Positions 8,800 to 17,096 of a stretch of DNA of 62,488 nt are shown piece after piece. Location of the stretch: the NCBI GenBank assembly GCA_016930235.1, contig JAFGHI010000005.1:1-62488 (forward strand), written 5' to 3'. This DNA is from Candidatus Omnitrophota bacterium (GTDB lineage Bacteria > Omnitrophota > Omnitrophia > Omnitrophales > Aquincolibacteriaceae). Every line of letters starts with the position of its first letter. Positions within the stretch are counted from its first letter, which is position 1. The notes beneath the pieces were generated by a model, which saw only the letters and a program-made list of their open reading frames with translations, had not been told where the DNA came from and made no database searches. The position numbers and the translations under genes were made by a program.

Positions 8800-9436
8800 A
8801 AAATCTCGCCTCATGATGTGGAGTGACTTTCGTGTAGGGATCGTGACCTTTTTCGCAATCGGAATTATTCTTAGCGGCGTTATTTTTGCGGGCGGTGACA
8901 AAGGCCTGCTTTTTCAAGAAACAGCCCTACTCAAGGCCCTCTTGACCGATGTCGGAGGTCTAAAAAGCGGAGCGGGCGTCACCATGGGCGGGATGACTAT
9001 CGGAAAAGTCGATGCGATCAACTTCTCCCCTGTGGGAATGGACAACAGGATTGAGGTAACCATGGAGATCCGAACGGATTGTCTTGAGCGTATCAAAAAG
9101 GACTCAGTCCCTTCCGTTCGAACGCAAGGGATGCTGGGTGACCGCTATGTGGACATCTCGATGGGAACGCCGGAGGCTCCCCTTCATCCTTTGCACGAGC
9201 CTCTCATCGGCAAAGGAAGCACTGATTTTGATGAGACGCTAACCCGTACTTCTGCCGTCTTGGAAGAAACCCAGGCTGTCTTAAGCGCTATCAATAACAA
9301 GGAAGGTTCCATCGGCCAGCTTTTTTATGATCCCAAGCTCTACGAAGAAATGACGTTGCTTGTGACAAAACTGAACGAACTTATTCAAGATTTCAGGGAC
9401 AACCCCAAGAAGTACGTCAAACTCGAAATTTTTTAA
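8792..9436 (+). CDS. mlaD: MlaD/MCE-domain periplasmic substrate-binding protein
   Basis: N-terminal TM anchor and an MCE-like core (LKSGAGVTMGGMTIGKVDAI). It overlaps the end of mlaF by 8 nt. Confidence 0.8.
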   Translation: MAEKSRLMMWSDFRVGIVTFFAIGIILSGVIFAGGDKGLLFQETALLKALLTDVGGLKSGAGVTMGGMTIGKVDAINFSPVGMDNRIEVTMEIRTDCLERIKKDSVPSVRTQGMLGDRYVDISMGTPEAPLHPLHEPLIGKGSTDFDETLTRTSAVLEETQAVLSAINNKEGSIGQLFYDPKLYEEMTLLVTKLNELIQDFRDNPKKYVKLEIF

Positions 9437-9529
9437 AAACCACGCCCGCGATCGACTCCATTCCCAACAAAATAAGCGAAGTTAAAAACTTGCTGGCAAA
9501 GTGTTTCCTAAACCTCTAAAATAAAGACT

Positions 9530-9733
9530 ATGAAGGCCTCCAGACGACGCATTCGCGTTTATGATCCCGATACCGGCAAACCCGTCCAGTTGGAAGCACT
9601 TATCCGGCGTCTCGGGATTCAGTCACTCGCTGATAAATTTGATGTCTCGCAATCCACCGTTCAGAAATGGCGTTTGGGCATTCACCGCCCCGCCAAACGG
9701 ACCCTCGGTCAATCCACTAAAAAACTCTTTTAA
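9530..9733 (+). CDS. Small Cro/YdaS-like helix-turn-helix protein
   Basis: 67 aa. The segment LADKFDVSQSTVQKWRLG resembles an HTH recognition region. It is a stand-alone gene. Confidence 0.4.
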   Translation: MKASRRRIRVYDPDTGKPVQLEALIRRLGIQSLADKFDVSQSTVQKWRLGIHRPAKRTLGQSTKKLF

Positions 9734-9753
9734 CCGCTCGCTCCGCGAGACCA

Positions 9754-9843
9754 CCGCTAGCGCCCACCGCGTAGGTGGCCTTTTCGACCAAAACGAACGT
9801 TAGGAATGTTGGAAAAGGCCACCTACGCGGTGGGCGCTAGCGG
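9754..9843. repeat. Perfect 32-bp inverted repeat with a 26-nt spacer
   Basis: The left arm, 9754-9785 (CCGCTAGCGCCCACCGCGTAGGTGGCCTTTTC), is the exact reverse complement of the right arm, 9812-9843. It sits between convergent genes and has no flanking T or A runs. Confidence 0.9.
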
Positions 9844-9853
9844 CGTCACCCTA

Positions 9854-10036
9854 TCAGCTTTTCTTCTTTCGACCTTCGAGGATAATTGTCACACCCACAA
9901 CAAAAAAACAAAGGAATCCGATGAACGCAAAAATAATATTCGGATGTGTCCCGGCCCAAAACCCTGTGAGGATCAATAAAATCCCCAGAATCCAGGATGC
10001 TTTCTGAGATCGACCAGCGCCTTCCTGATCTACCAT
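9854..10036 (-). CDS. Small two-TM membrane protein, hypothetical
   Basis: The internal Met start gives 60 aa: MVDQEGAGRSQKASWILGILLILTGFW...FFVVGVTIILEGRKKKS. It starts just downstream of the CBS gene stop. Confidence 0.35.
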   Translation of the reverse strand: MVDQEGAGRSQKASWILGILLILTGFWAGTHPNIIFAFIGFLCFFVVGVTIILEGRKKKS

Positions 10037-10049
10037 GTTTCTTTCCTTT

Positions 10050-10586
10050 TTATTTCTTTGGATTTTTTTCGCGGCGGAGAAGATAATCCAGGACATCCTG
10101 AATATGAATAATGCTCAAGGGTTTTCCGTCTTCAGCCAAGACAGGAACATGACGGAAGCCTCCCAGCGCCATTTTATTGACCACAAACGCAAGGGGTGCG
10201 TCGGCCTTCACAAATTCTGCCTTCGGGGTCATAATATCCCGGACCTTGAACTTTGAGAGATCTTTCGGCTTACCGGCTACTTTAAAGACAAGATCACGTT
10301 TGCTTAAAATTCCCGCGAGGCGCTTCTTCTCGTAGACCAGGATGCAGTGTTTCTTCTCCTTCTGAAATATTTCTACGACCTTGGCAATGCTGTCTTCAGG
10401 ACTCGCTACCAGCAAATCCTCACCCGTTAATAATTCTGACACCGGCGTTGACATCATGATCTGTTGAATGGGATCACTCTTCTTAGGCCTCGGCAAATCC
10501 ACCTGCATCAAGGAGTGCAAACATTGCCGGCAACGGTCTTCACCCTCGATATTTTTGGCCCCGCAGGCCAGGCATTGGATATCCAT
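10050..10586 (-). CDS. Zinc-ribbon plus CBS-pair domain protein
   Basis: N-terminal CLACGAKN...CRQC zinc ribbon (CxxC...CxxC), followed by two CBS-like repeats (VMSTPVSEL..., IMTPKAEFV...). Confidence 0.75.
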   Translation of the reverse strand: MDIQCLACGAKNIEGEDRCRQCLHSLMQVDLPRPKKSDPIQQIMMSTPVSELLTGEDLLVASPEDSIAKVVEIFQKEKKHCILVYEKKRLAGILSKRDLVFKVAGKPKDLSKFKVRDIMTPKAEFVKADAPLAFVVNKMALGGFRHVPVLAEDGKPLSIIHIQDVLDYLLRREKNPKK

Positions 10587-11633
10587 TTACTTCACCCTCC
10601 ATGGTTGGGTCCCGGCAATCAAAGCTTTTAAATCGCCCCTGCCGTCACGCTTAATCGCACGGCCAATCTGTGACTCCATGCCCCCATCATAAGTTGGTTT
10701 TTCAAGCGCCCGGAAGATTCCGAACGGAGTCGGCATTTCCGGATAAACCATCTGCGTCAGCAAATAAGCCCATGTCGGATCGGGATCTTTTTCGTGATGA
10801 ATCACAAGATCCTTGGGCGGGTTAGCGGCTTTACCCTCTTCTTGCTTCCACTCCACCCTTTCAGGTTTCAGCCCACGCAAACGGATCCCCTTTTGACGCC
10901 GTTTCCCGAAAATGAGAGGTTTCCCGTCTTCCAGATAAATCATCCTTTCTTCCCGTGTATCCCTTCCCGTAATCGGGGCAAAGGTTTTATCGTTAAAGAT
11001 CAGGCAATTCTGATAGATTTCGACAAAAGAAACCCCTTTGTGCTCCTCCGCCCGTTCGAGAATGATACTCATATGGCGAGGGTCCGAATCCAGAGTCCTT
11101 GCAATAAAAGTTGCCTCCGAAGCGATGGCCACACAAAGGGCATTGACCGGATGTTCAATGGACCCTTCCGGCGATGATTGGCTGACCTTTCCGTAGCGGG
11201 ACGTCGGCGAATACTGCCCCTTGGTCAAACCATAAATCTGGTTATTCACAAGCAAAATATTGATGTTTAAATTCCTCCTTAGACAATGAAGCAAATGATT
11301 GCCTCCGATGCTCAACCCATCTCCGTCTCCGGAAACCACCCAAATGGAAAGGGCAGGATTCACACAACGCAGGCCCGTGGCTACAGCCGGCGCCCTTCCA
11401 TGGATGGTGTGAAAACCGTAGGTATTCATGTAATAAGGAAAACGGCTGGAGCAACCTATCCCGGAGACAAAAACATATTGATGGCGGGGCCTATGAAATT
11501 TTGCGAGCGTCCTTTGGACCGTCGCCAGGATGGAATAATTACCGCAGCCCGGACACCAGCGGACCTCACGGCCTGATTCAAAATTTTCCTTGGTATAGGG
11601 CAATACACCCTTATTGTCCCCGTTCATACACAC
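10587..11633 (-). CDS. korB: 2-oxoacid:ferredoxin oxidoreductase, beta (TPP-binding) subunit
   Basis: WCPGCGNYSIL, GIGCSSRFPYY and the GDGDGLSIGGNHLLH TPP motif. Confidence 0.9.
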   Translation of the reverse strand: MCMNGDNKGVLPYTKENFESGREVRWCPGCGNYSILATVQRTLAKFHRPRHQYVFVSGIGCSSRFPYYMNTYGFHTIHGRAPAVATGLRCVNPALSIWVVSGDGDGLSIGGNHLLHCLRRNLNINILLVNNQIYGLTKGQYSPTSRYGKVSQSSPEGSIEHPVNALCVAIASEATFIARTLDSDPRHMSIILERAEEHKGVSFVEIYQNCLIFNDKTFAPITGRDTREERMIYLEDGKPLIFGKRRQKGIRLRGLKPERVEWKQEEGKAANPPKDLVIHHEKDPDPTWAYLLTQMVYPEMPTPFGIFRALEKPTYDGGMESQIGRAIKRDGRGDLKALIAGTQPWRVK

Positions 11634-13471
11634 TCCATCAATCTCTCAACGATCTCGTCAGCACGAAAAGGCTGCCCTTGGATTTTGGAATAACCGATGA
11701 GAGGGAGTCCCGGAAATTTCATTCGAAGGACCGCCTTCAACTGGCCGCGATTCATTTCGGGAATTAGAATTTTCTTATATCGCTTTAACAACCCTTCCAA
11801 GTTTTTAGGGAGCGGATGAAGATAAGCAAGGTGGATATGCGCAATTTTAACTTTCATCTCTTTTAAAATTCCTAAAGCATGATGAATTGCACCGTACGTA
11901 CTCCCCCATCCTAAAACCGCAATCTCCGCTTGGAAATCTCCTTCCACCTCCGCAGGCGGAATAAGTTCAGCCAACCTTTCGATCTTTTCCGCCCGAAACT
12001 CCACCATCTTCTCGTGATTGAAGGGATCGTAACTCACGCCGCCTGTCCCATCCTGTTTTTCCAGACCGCCGATTCGATGTTCCAGACCGGGCGTACCGGG
12101 AATGGCCCATGCCCTCGCAAGCGTCTCGGGATCCCTTTCGTAAGGAAGAAAATTTTTAGAGCCCGCTACGGGATGCTGGATGGTCATCACCGGAAGGCTC
12201 TTCAAATCCGGCAATTTCCAGGGTTCTTCAGCATTCGCCAAATAACCGTCCGATAAAAGAATCACAGGCGCCATCGCACGACAAGCCAACCGCACAGCCT
12301 CAACCGCCATCTGGAAACCCTCAGAGGGTGTTTTCACAGCTAATAGAACAACGGGAGACTCTCCGTTCCGGCCGAAAAAAGACTGAAGCAAATCACTTTG
12401 CTCGGTTTTGGTCGGCATCCCCGTACTGGGCCCCGCGCGCTGCACGTCGATGACCACAATCGGGAGTTCAGCCATGACGGCCAAATTGATCCCTTCCGAT
12501 TTCAAGCAAAGACCAGGACCGCTTGTCCCCGTAACACCGATCTGTCCTCCGTAAGAAGCCCCGATCGCGGCACATACAGCCGCAATTTCATCCTCAGCCT
12601 GAAAGGTTTTCACACCGAATTCCTTGCGGCCCGCCAGTTCATGAAGAATCGAACTGGCAGGCGTAATCGGATAAGATGCATAAAACAAGGTTTTCTTCGC
12701 CCGCTGGGCAGCAGCCATCAAGCCCAGCGCGATCGAACCATTCCCCGAAATTTTTCTGTATTCGCCCGGTTCAAAAAGGGCCTTCCCGACACGATATTGT
12801 GTCGATAAAATCAAGCTTTTTTGCGCAAAGGCATAACCGGCGGCTAAAACCCTGCTATTTGCTCTTCCAATGTCAGGTCTTGTCCTAAACTTAGCTTCGA
12901 TCCATTTCAAGGCAGCCTCTAAAGATTGCCCATAGATCCAATAAGAAAGCCCGAGCGCAAAAAAGTTTTTACACCGTTCAACCTCGAGATGACTTAGTTT
13001 TTCTCCTGTCAGGGCTTTACGTGTCAAATCCGTCATGGGAACCCGTGCCACACGAAATTTCTTTAAGGTCCCGTCCTTAAGCGGATCTTTTTTCCATGAC
13101 GCTTTTTCGAGAGCCCTCTCATGGAAAACATTTTCGTTCAGGATAATTGTGCCGCCCTTTTTGACCAAGCCAAGATTGACTTTAAGCGCGGCAGGATTCA
13201 TGGCAATCAGGACATCGACATCATCACCAGGGCTAAAGACGGGAGAATCCGAAATCTGGATTTGAAAACTGCTTACGCCCGGAAGTGTCCCGGCAGGCGC
13301 GCGGATCTCTGCAGGAAAATCGGAGAATGTGGAAAATTTATTTCCAGAAAGGGCCACGGTATCAGTGAACAATTGCCCTACAAGCTGCATGCCGTCGCCT
13401 GAATCACCCGAGAATCGCATGACAGCGCAGGAAATTTTTCCCCGGGATTTAGTTTTGTTTGGTTTCGCCAT
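11624..13471 (-). CDS. korA: 2-oxoacid:ferredoxin oxidoreductase, alpha subunit with an N-terminal gamma-like domain
   Basis: 615 aa with the KorA-like core YPITPASSILHELA and QAEDEIAAVCAAIGASYGG. It overlaps korB by 10 nt. Confidence 0.9.
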   Translation of the reverse strand: MAKPNKTKSRGKISCAVMRFSGDSGDGMQLVGQLFTDTVALSGNKFSTFSDFPAEIRAPAGTLPGVSSFQIQISDSPVFSPGDDVDVLIAMNPAALKVNLGLVKKGGTIILNENVFHERALEKASWKKDPLKDGTLKKFRVARVPMTDLTRKALTGEKLSHLEVERCKNFFALGLSYWIYGQSLEAALKWIEAKFRTRPDIGRANSRVLAAGYAFAQKSLILSTQYRVGKALFEPGEYRKISGNGSIALGLMAAAQRAKKTLFYASYPITPASSILHELAGRKEFGVKTFQAEDEIAAVCAAIGASYGGQIGVTGTSGPGLCLKSEGINLAVMAELPIVVIDVQRAGPSTGMPTKTEQSDLLQSFFGRNGESPVVLLAVKTPSEGFQMAVEAVRLACRAMAPVILLSDGYLANAEEPWKLPDLKSLPVMTIQHPVAGSKNFLPYERDPETLARAWAIPGTPGLEHRIGGLEKQDGTGGVSYDPFNHEKMVEFRAEKIERLAELIPPAEVEGDFQAEIAVLGWGSTYGAIHHALGILKEMKVKIAHIHLAYLHPLPKNLEGLLKRYKKILIPEMNRGQLKAVLRMKFPGLPLIGYSKIQGQPFRADEIVERLMECV

Positions 13472-13486
13472 TAAAATTCCGGATGG

Positions 13487-13963
13487 TTATCCCCCTTCTC
13501 GGGTTTCGTGAACCTGATGGGGGCAAGGGGGCAAGTTATAAACCTCTGTCGGGTAAAACTCCGCCAAAAAACGGATCAAACTCCGCACCGAAAGCATCCC
13601 CGTTAAATTCCCCTTTCGATCCACAAGAGGGATGTGATAGAAACGCCGCTCGGCCATGAGATCGATCGCCTTTCCGACAGAATCCTCAGGAGATAAAACA
13701 ACGGGGTCCGGCGTCATCCAATCACTCACGGGACGCTTCCAATCCGCTTTCTTACCGAGGATTTTACGGACAACATCGACCTCGGTGAAAATTCCGACAG
13801 GTTTTTGATTTTTTACGATCACGACATAGCCCGATCGGTTCTCCTGCATAAGACACACTGCCTGCTTGAGGGACGTTTCAGGAGACGTTTGGACAAGACG
13901 AGGATTAATGATATGAAATATCTTCTTCTCTTTGAGAAGTTGACTGACCGGTATCGATTTCAT
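13487..13963 (-). CDS. CBS-pair domain protein
   Basis: 158 aa made of two CBS repeats. It is immediately upstream of korA on the same strand. Confidence 0.8.
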   Translation of the reverse strand: MKSIPVSQLLKEKKIFHIINPRLVQTSPETSLKQAVCLMQENRSGYVVIVKNQKPVGIFTEVDVVRKILGKKADWKRPVSDWMTPDPVVLSPEDSVGKAIDLMAERRFYHIPLVDRKGNLTGMLSVRSLIRFLAEFYPTEVYNLPPCPHQVHETREGG

Positions 13964-13988
13964 GAATAAATTTTAGAAAGCTTTTCTC

Positions 13989-14201
13989 TTAGTGAATCTT
14001 TTTCGACGCGTACTTGCCCCGGATCTTCTCTTGAAAAAAGGTGCCTTTTGAAGGAGCACTCATAAAATCCTGATAAATTCCTTCGGTAACACCTTTGTAA
14101 TGATAAACACCTCCGCTGCGGAAGGCAATCTCCAAAATGGAAGTTCCCGGGTCAAATCCGACAATCGCAATATCGCGCGAATGAACAGCTTTTCTTTCCA
14201 T
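13989..14201 (-). CDS. KTSC-domain small protein
   Basis: The internal Met start gives 70 aa: MERKAVHSRDIAIVGFDPGTSILEIAFRSGGVYHYKGV. This pattern is typical of KTSC domains. The longer ORF in the track would overlap the lpdA 3' end. Confidence 0.55.
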   Translation of the reverse strand: MERKAVHSRDIAIVGFDPGTSILEIAFRSGGVYHYKGVTEGIYQDFMSAPSKGTFFQEKIRGKYASKKIH

Positions 14202-14227
14202 TTGTGACACTCCTTGAATTTTAATCT

Positions 14228-15652
14228 TTACCGACTCCCGAGCGATTTTCGGGGCAAGACGTGGGTCGCTGTCCCATAAAAAGATTCGGCGCATTCCATC
14301 AAGGTCTCGGAAAGCGTCGGATGCGGATGAACGCATTCCGCCAAATCCTTCGCGACAGCTCCCAGCTCCAAAGCAAGAACACCTTCCGAGATCAACTCCC
14401 CGGCTCCAACCCCCGCAATCCCCACACCCAAAATACGTTCCGTCTCAGGCTCTAAAACCAATTTGGTTAAGCCATCTGTCCTATCTAATGTCATGGCCCT
14501 CCCTGAAGCCGCCCACGGAAAACGGGCCACCTTGACGGCTATCCCTTTTTCTCTGGCTTCGGTTTCCGTCAAACCGCACCACGCAACCTCAGGATCCGTA
14601 AAAACAACCGCCGGGATGACAAAATTCTCCGCCACCTCAGCTTCTCCGACAATGGCTTCGACGGCAATACGAGCTTCTTTATGTGCCTTATGGGCTAAAA
14701 GAACACCCCCAGCAATATCGCCAATGGCATAAACAGCAGGATCAGCTGTTTGGCGTAAAGCATTGGTCTTAACAAAGCCTTTATCGTCCATCTCGATTTT
14801 GGTATTTTCAAGCCCCAAATCTTTTGAGTTGGGTACCCTGCCAACCGAAATTAAAACCCGGTCATAAAGTTCTTCGACTTTTTTCCCGCCAAATTCAGAA
14901 ATCACCTCAATTTTTTTCTTTTGGGTAGCCATTTTTAAGACCTTGGCATTCAACCGGACTTCTTTAAAATTCTTTTCGGCGAATTGAGCCACAGGACGCA
15001 CCAAATCGGGATCCGCACCCGTGAGGATATTCCCAAGCGCCTCGATTACGGTTACCTGGCTCCCGAGTTTGGCATAAATGGTCCCAAGTTCCATCCCAAT
15101 GTAACCGCCCCCTACAACTAAAAGATCTTTCGGGATCTCTTCAAGCGCCAAGGCTTCCGTCGATGTCATAATCCTCGGATTTCCTAAATCAAAAACCTGC
15201 GGCATCGCCGGCCGGGAACCCACAGCAAGAATCGCATGGTCATATTGAATGAATTGCTGTCCTTCTTCGGTTTCAACACGTAGTTTTTGAGGTCCTTCAA
15301 AATAGCCGCGTCCTTTCCAGACTTCTACTCCGCGTTTTTCGGCAAGCAATGAAATCCCACCTGATAATTTCCCGAGGATACCTTCCTTCCATTCACGAAG
15401 CTTTGGCAAATCGATTGCCGGCTCAGCAAAGGTAATCCCCCGTTTCACGGATTGACGGGATTCCGAGATCATGTGAGTAGCATGAATAAGCGCCTTGGAA
15501 GGAATACAACCGCGGTTAAGGCAAACACCGCCTAAACGTTTGTCTTGCTCAACCAAGATGACTTTTTTTCCTTTATCCGCTGCATAAAAGGCTGCGGCAT
15601 AACCTCCCGGCCCAGCCCCGATCACGACAATGTCCGTTTTAATTGATTTCAT
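14228..15652 (-). CDS. lpdA: Dihydrolipoyl dehydrogenase (E3)
   Basis: GAGPGGY FAD motif, redox-active disulfide CLNRGCIPSK, and the C-terminal HPHPTLSE interface motif. Confidence 0.95.
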   Translation of the reverse strand: MKSIKTDIVVIGAGPGGYAAAFYAADKGKKVILVEQDKRLGGVCLNRGCIPSKALIHATHMISESRQSVKRGITFAEPAIDLPKLREWKEGILGKLSGGISLLAEKRGVEVWKGRGYFEGPQKLRVETEEGQQFIQYDHAILAVGSRPAMPQVFDLGNPRIMTSTEALALEEIPKDLLVVGGGYIGMELGTIYAKLGSQVTVIEALGNILTGADPDLVRPVAQFAEKNFKEVRLNAKVLKMATQKKKIEVISEFGGKKVEELYDRVLISVGRVPNSKDLGLENTKIEMDDKGFVKTNALRQTADPAVYAIGDIAGGVLLAHKAHKEARIAVEAIVGEAEVAENFVIPAVVFTDPEVAWCGLTETEAREKGIAVKVARFPWAASGRAMTLDRTDGLTKLVLEPETERILGVGIAGVGAGELISEGVLALELGAVAKDLAECVHPHPTLSETLMECAESFYGTATHVLPRKSLGSR

Positions 15653-15685
15653 GAATATTCCCCGTCGCTTTCAATAAAACTTATT

Positions 15686-16951
15686 CTACCCCAAATCTTC
15701 TTGTTTGAGTCCCTCAATTGTTTTCTTAAGGTCCGCGATAAATCGTGCCGCATCGGCACCGTCGGCCGCCCGATGATCATACGATAAAGCAAGAGGAATC
15801 ATCATTTTGACCGCAACTTGATTGTTCACAGCAACGGGTTTTGATACTGCTTGTCCCAGGCCCAGAATTGCGACTTCGGGTTTATTGATGATCGGCGTAA
15901 AATGAGCGCCTCCGATTCCGCCCTGATTTGAAATTGTAAAGGTCCCCCCGCGCAAATCCTCAATAGCCACTTTCCTTAGCCTTGCTTTTTCGGCCAGTTC
16001 CGCCAAATCCTTTGACAATTGTTCCAAGCTTTTTTTGTCCACATCCCGGATCACCGGGACAAGGAGCCCCTGTTCGGTATCTACCGCAACTCCGATGTGA
16101 TAATATTTTTTTAAAACGATTTCTTCATGGGCCTCATCGATACTCGCATTAAATTTGGCGTGACGTTTTAAAACATGAACGATCGCCTTTAAAATCAAAA
16201 CCGTCACGGTCAATTTAACACCTTTTGTTTCGAGTTCTCCGTTGATCTTCTTGCGTAAAGCCAAAAGGGCCGTCAGATCCGCCTCCTCAAATTGGGTCAC
16301 ATGCGGGATCGACTGCCAGGATTCAATCATCTTCTCTGAGATCTTTTTACGCAAATTCGTCATCGGGATTTTCTCAACCGGACCCCATTTCGAAAAATCG
16401 ATAGAAACCGGAACAGATGTCTTAGCAGGCTGACCGCTAGAACTCGAAGCTGCTGCCATTTGCTGAAGTCTTTGGATATAGGCCCTGAGATCTTCCAATG
16501 TGATCCGGCCTCCACGCTGGCTTCCGCGCACATGAGACAAATCGATCCCCAGCTCTTTGGCCGTCCTTCTAACTGTCGGCGAAGCAGGAACACCTGCAAC
16601 ACTTTCGGGAGATTCGTTCATAAGACCTTGCCCGGTTTTATTCGTTCGAGCCGCCTCGGGGCGTATGACTTCTCCGGCTGACGGCTTTTCATCCTGCGAA
16701 GTCACCGCTTCTTTCTCACCTCCTCCGGATAAAACCGCAACCGTCTGTCCGACATTGACTTTATCCCCCGGTTTCACCAAAACCTCTGAAATGGTTCCAG
16801 CCGCAGGCGACGGTAAGGCAGCAACGGCCTTCTCGGTTTCGATCTCCATCACATCCTGGTCTTTTTGGACCTGATCGCCCGGTGAGATAAAAACATTCAC
16901 AATGGTTCCGGAAGTAATACCTTCCGCTAAATGCGGTACTTTAATTTCCAT
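15686..16951 (-). CDS. aceF: Dihydrolipoamide acyltransferase (E2) with a single lipoyl domain
   Basis: Lipoyl domain (IETEKAV), a peripheral subunit-binding domain (SPTVRRTAKELGIDLS) and a catalytic domain with DHRAADGA. Confidence 0.9.
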   Translation of the reverse strand: MEIKVPHLAEGITSGTIVNVFISPGDQVQKDQDVMEIETEKAVAALPSPAAGTISEVLVKPGDKVNVGQTVAVLSGGGEKEAVTSQDEKPSAGEVIRPEAARTNKTGQGLMNESPESVAGVPASPTVRRTAKELGIDLSHVRGSQRGGRITLEDLRAYIQRLQQMAAASSSSGQPAKTSVPVSIDFSKWGPVEKIPMTNLRKKISEKMIESWQSIPHVTQFEEADLTALLALRKKINGELETKGVKLTVTVLILKAIVHVLKRHAKFNASIDEAHEEIVLKKYYHIGVAVDTEQGLLVPVIRDVDKKSLEQLSKDLAELAEKARLRKVAIEDLRGGTFTISNQGGIGGAHFTPIINKPEVAILGLGQAVSKPVAVNNQVAVKMMIPLALSYDHRAADGADAARFIADLKKTIEGLKQEDLG

Positions 16952-17096
16952 GGTTCTAACCTCTTATTTTTTAACCACCCCATTGAAAACAATTTTGGAT
17001 TTTGGAATTGGGATATTAGATTGATCCATCAACCAAAAGCTTTTTAATCGCATTGATATTGAATCCAAATTCCGCAATCTAAAATTTAAAATTTTT

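Noticed and set aside
9754-9843. The 32-bp inverted repeat read as a CRISPR repeat or as a canonical rho-independent terminator
   Set aside because: Only one copy pair is present, with no spacer-repeat periodicity, so it is not a CRISPR array. The lack of a U-tract on either strand and the extreme stem length argue against a standard intrinsic terminator. It is kept as an unexplained repeat in the findings.
16952-17096. The AT-rich 145-nt aceE-aceF spacer, with GGATTTTGGAATT and GAATCCAAATTCC motifs that looked like a hairpin or regulatory RNA
   Set aside because: On checking, the two segments are mirror-like, not reverse-complementary, so no convincing stem forms. I could support no other structure.
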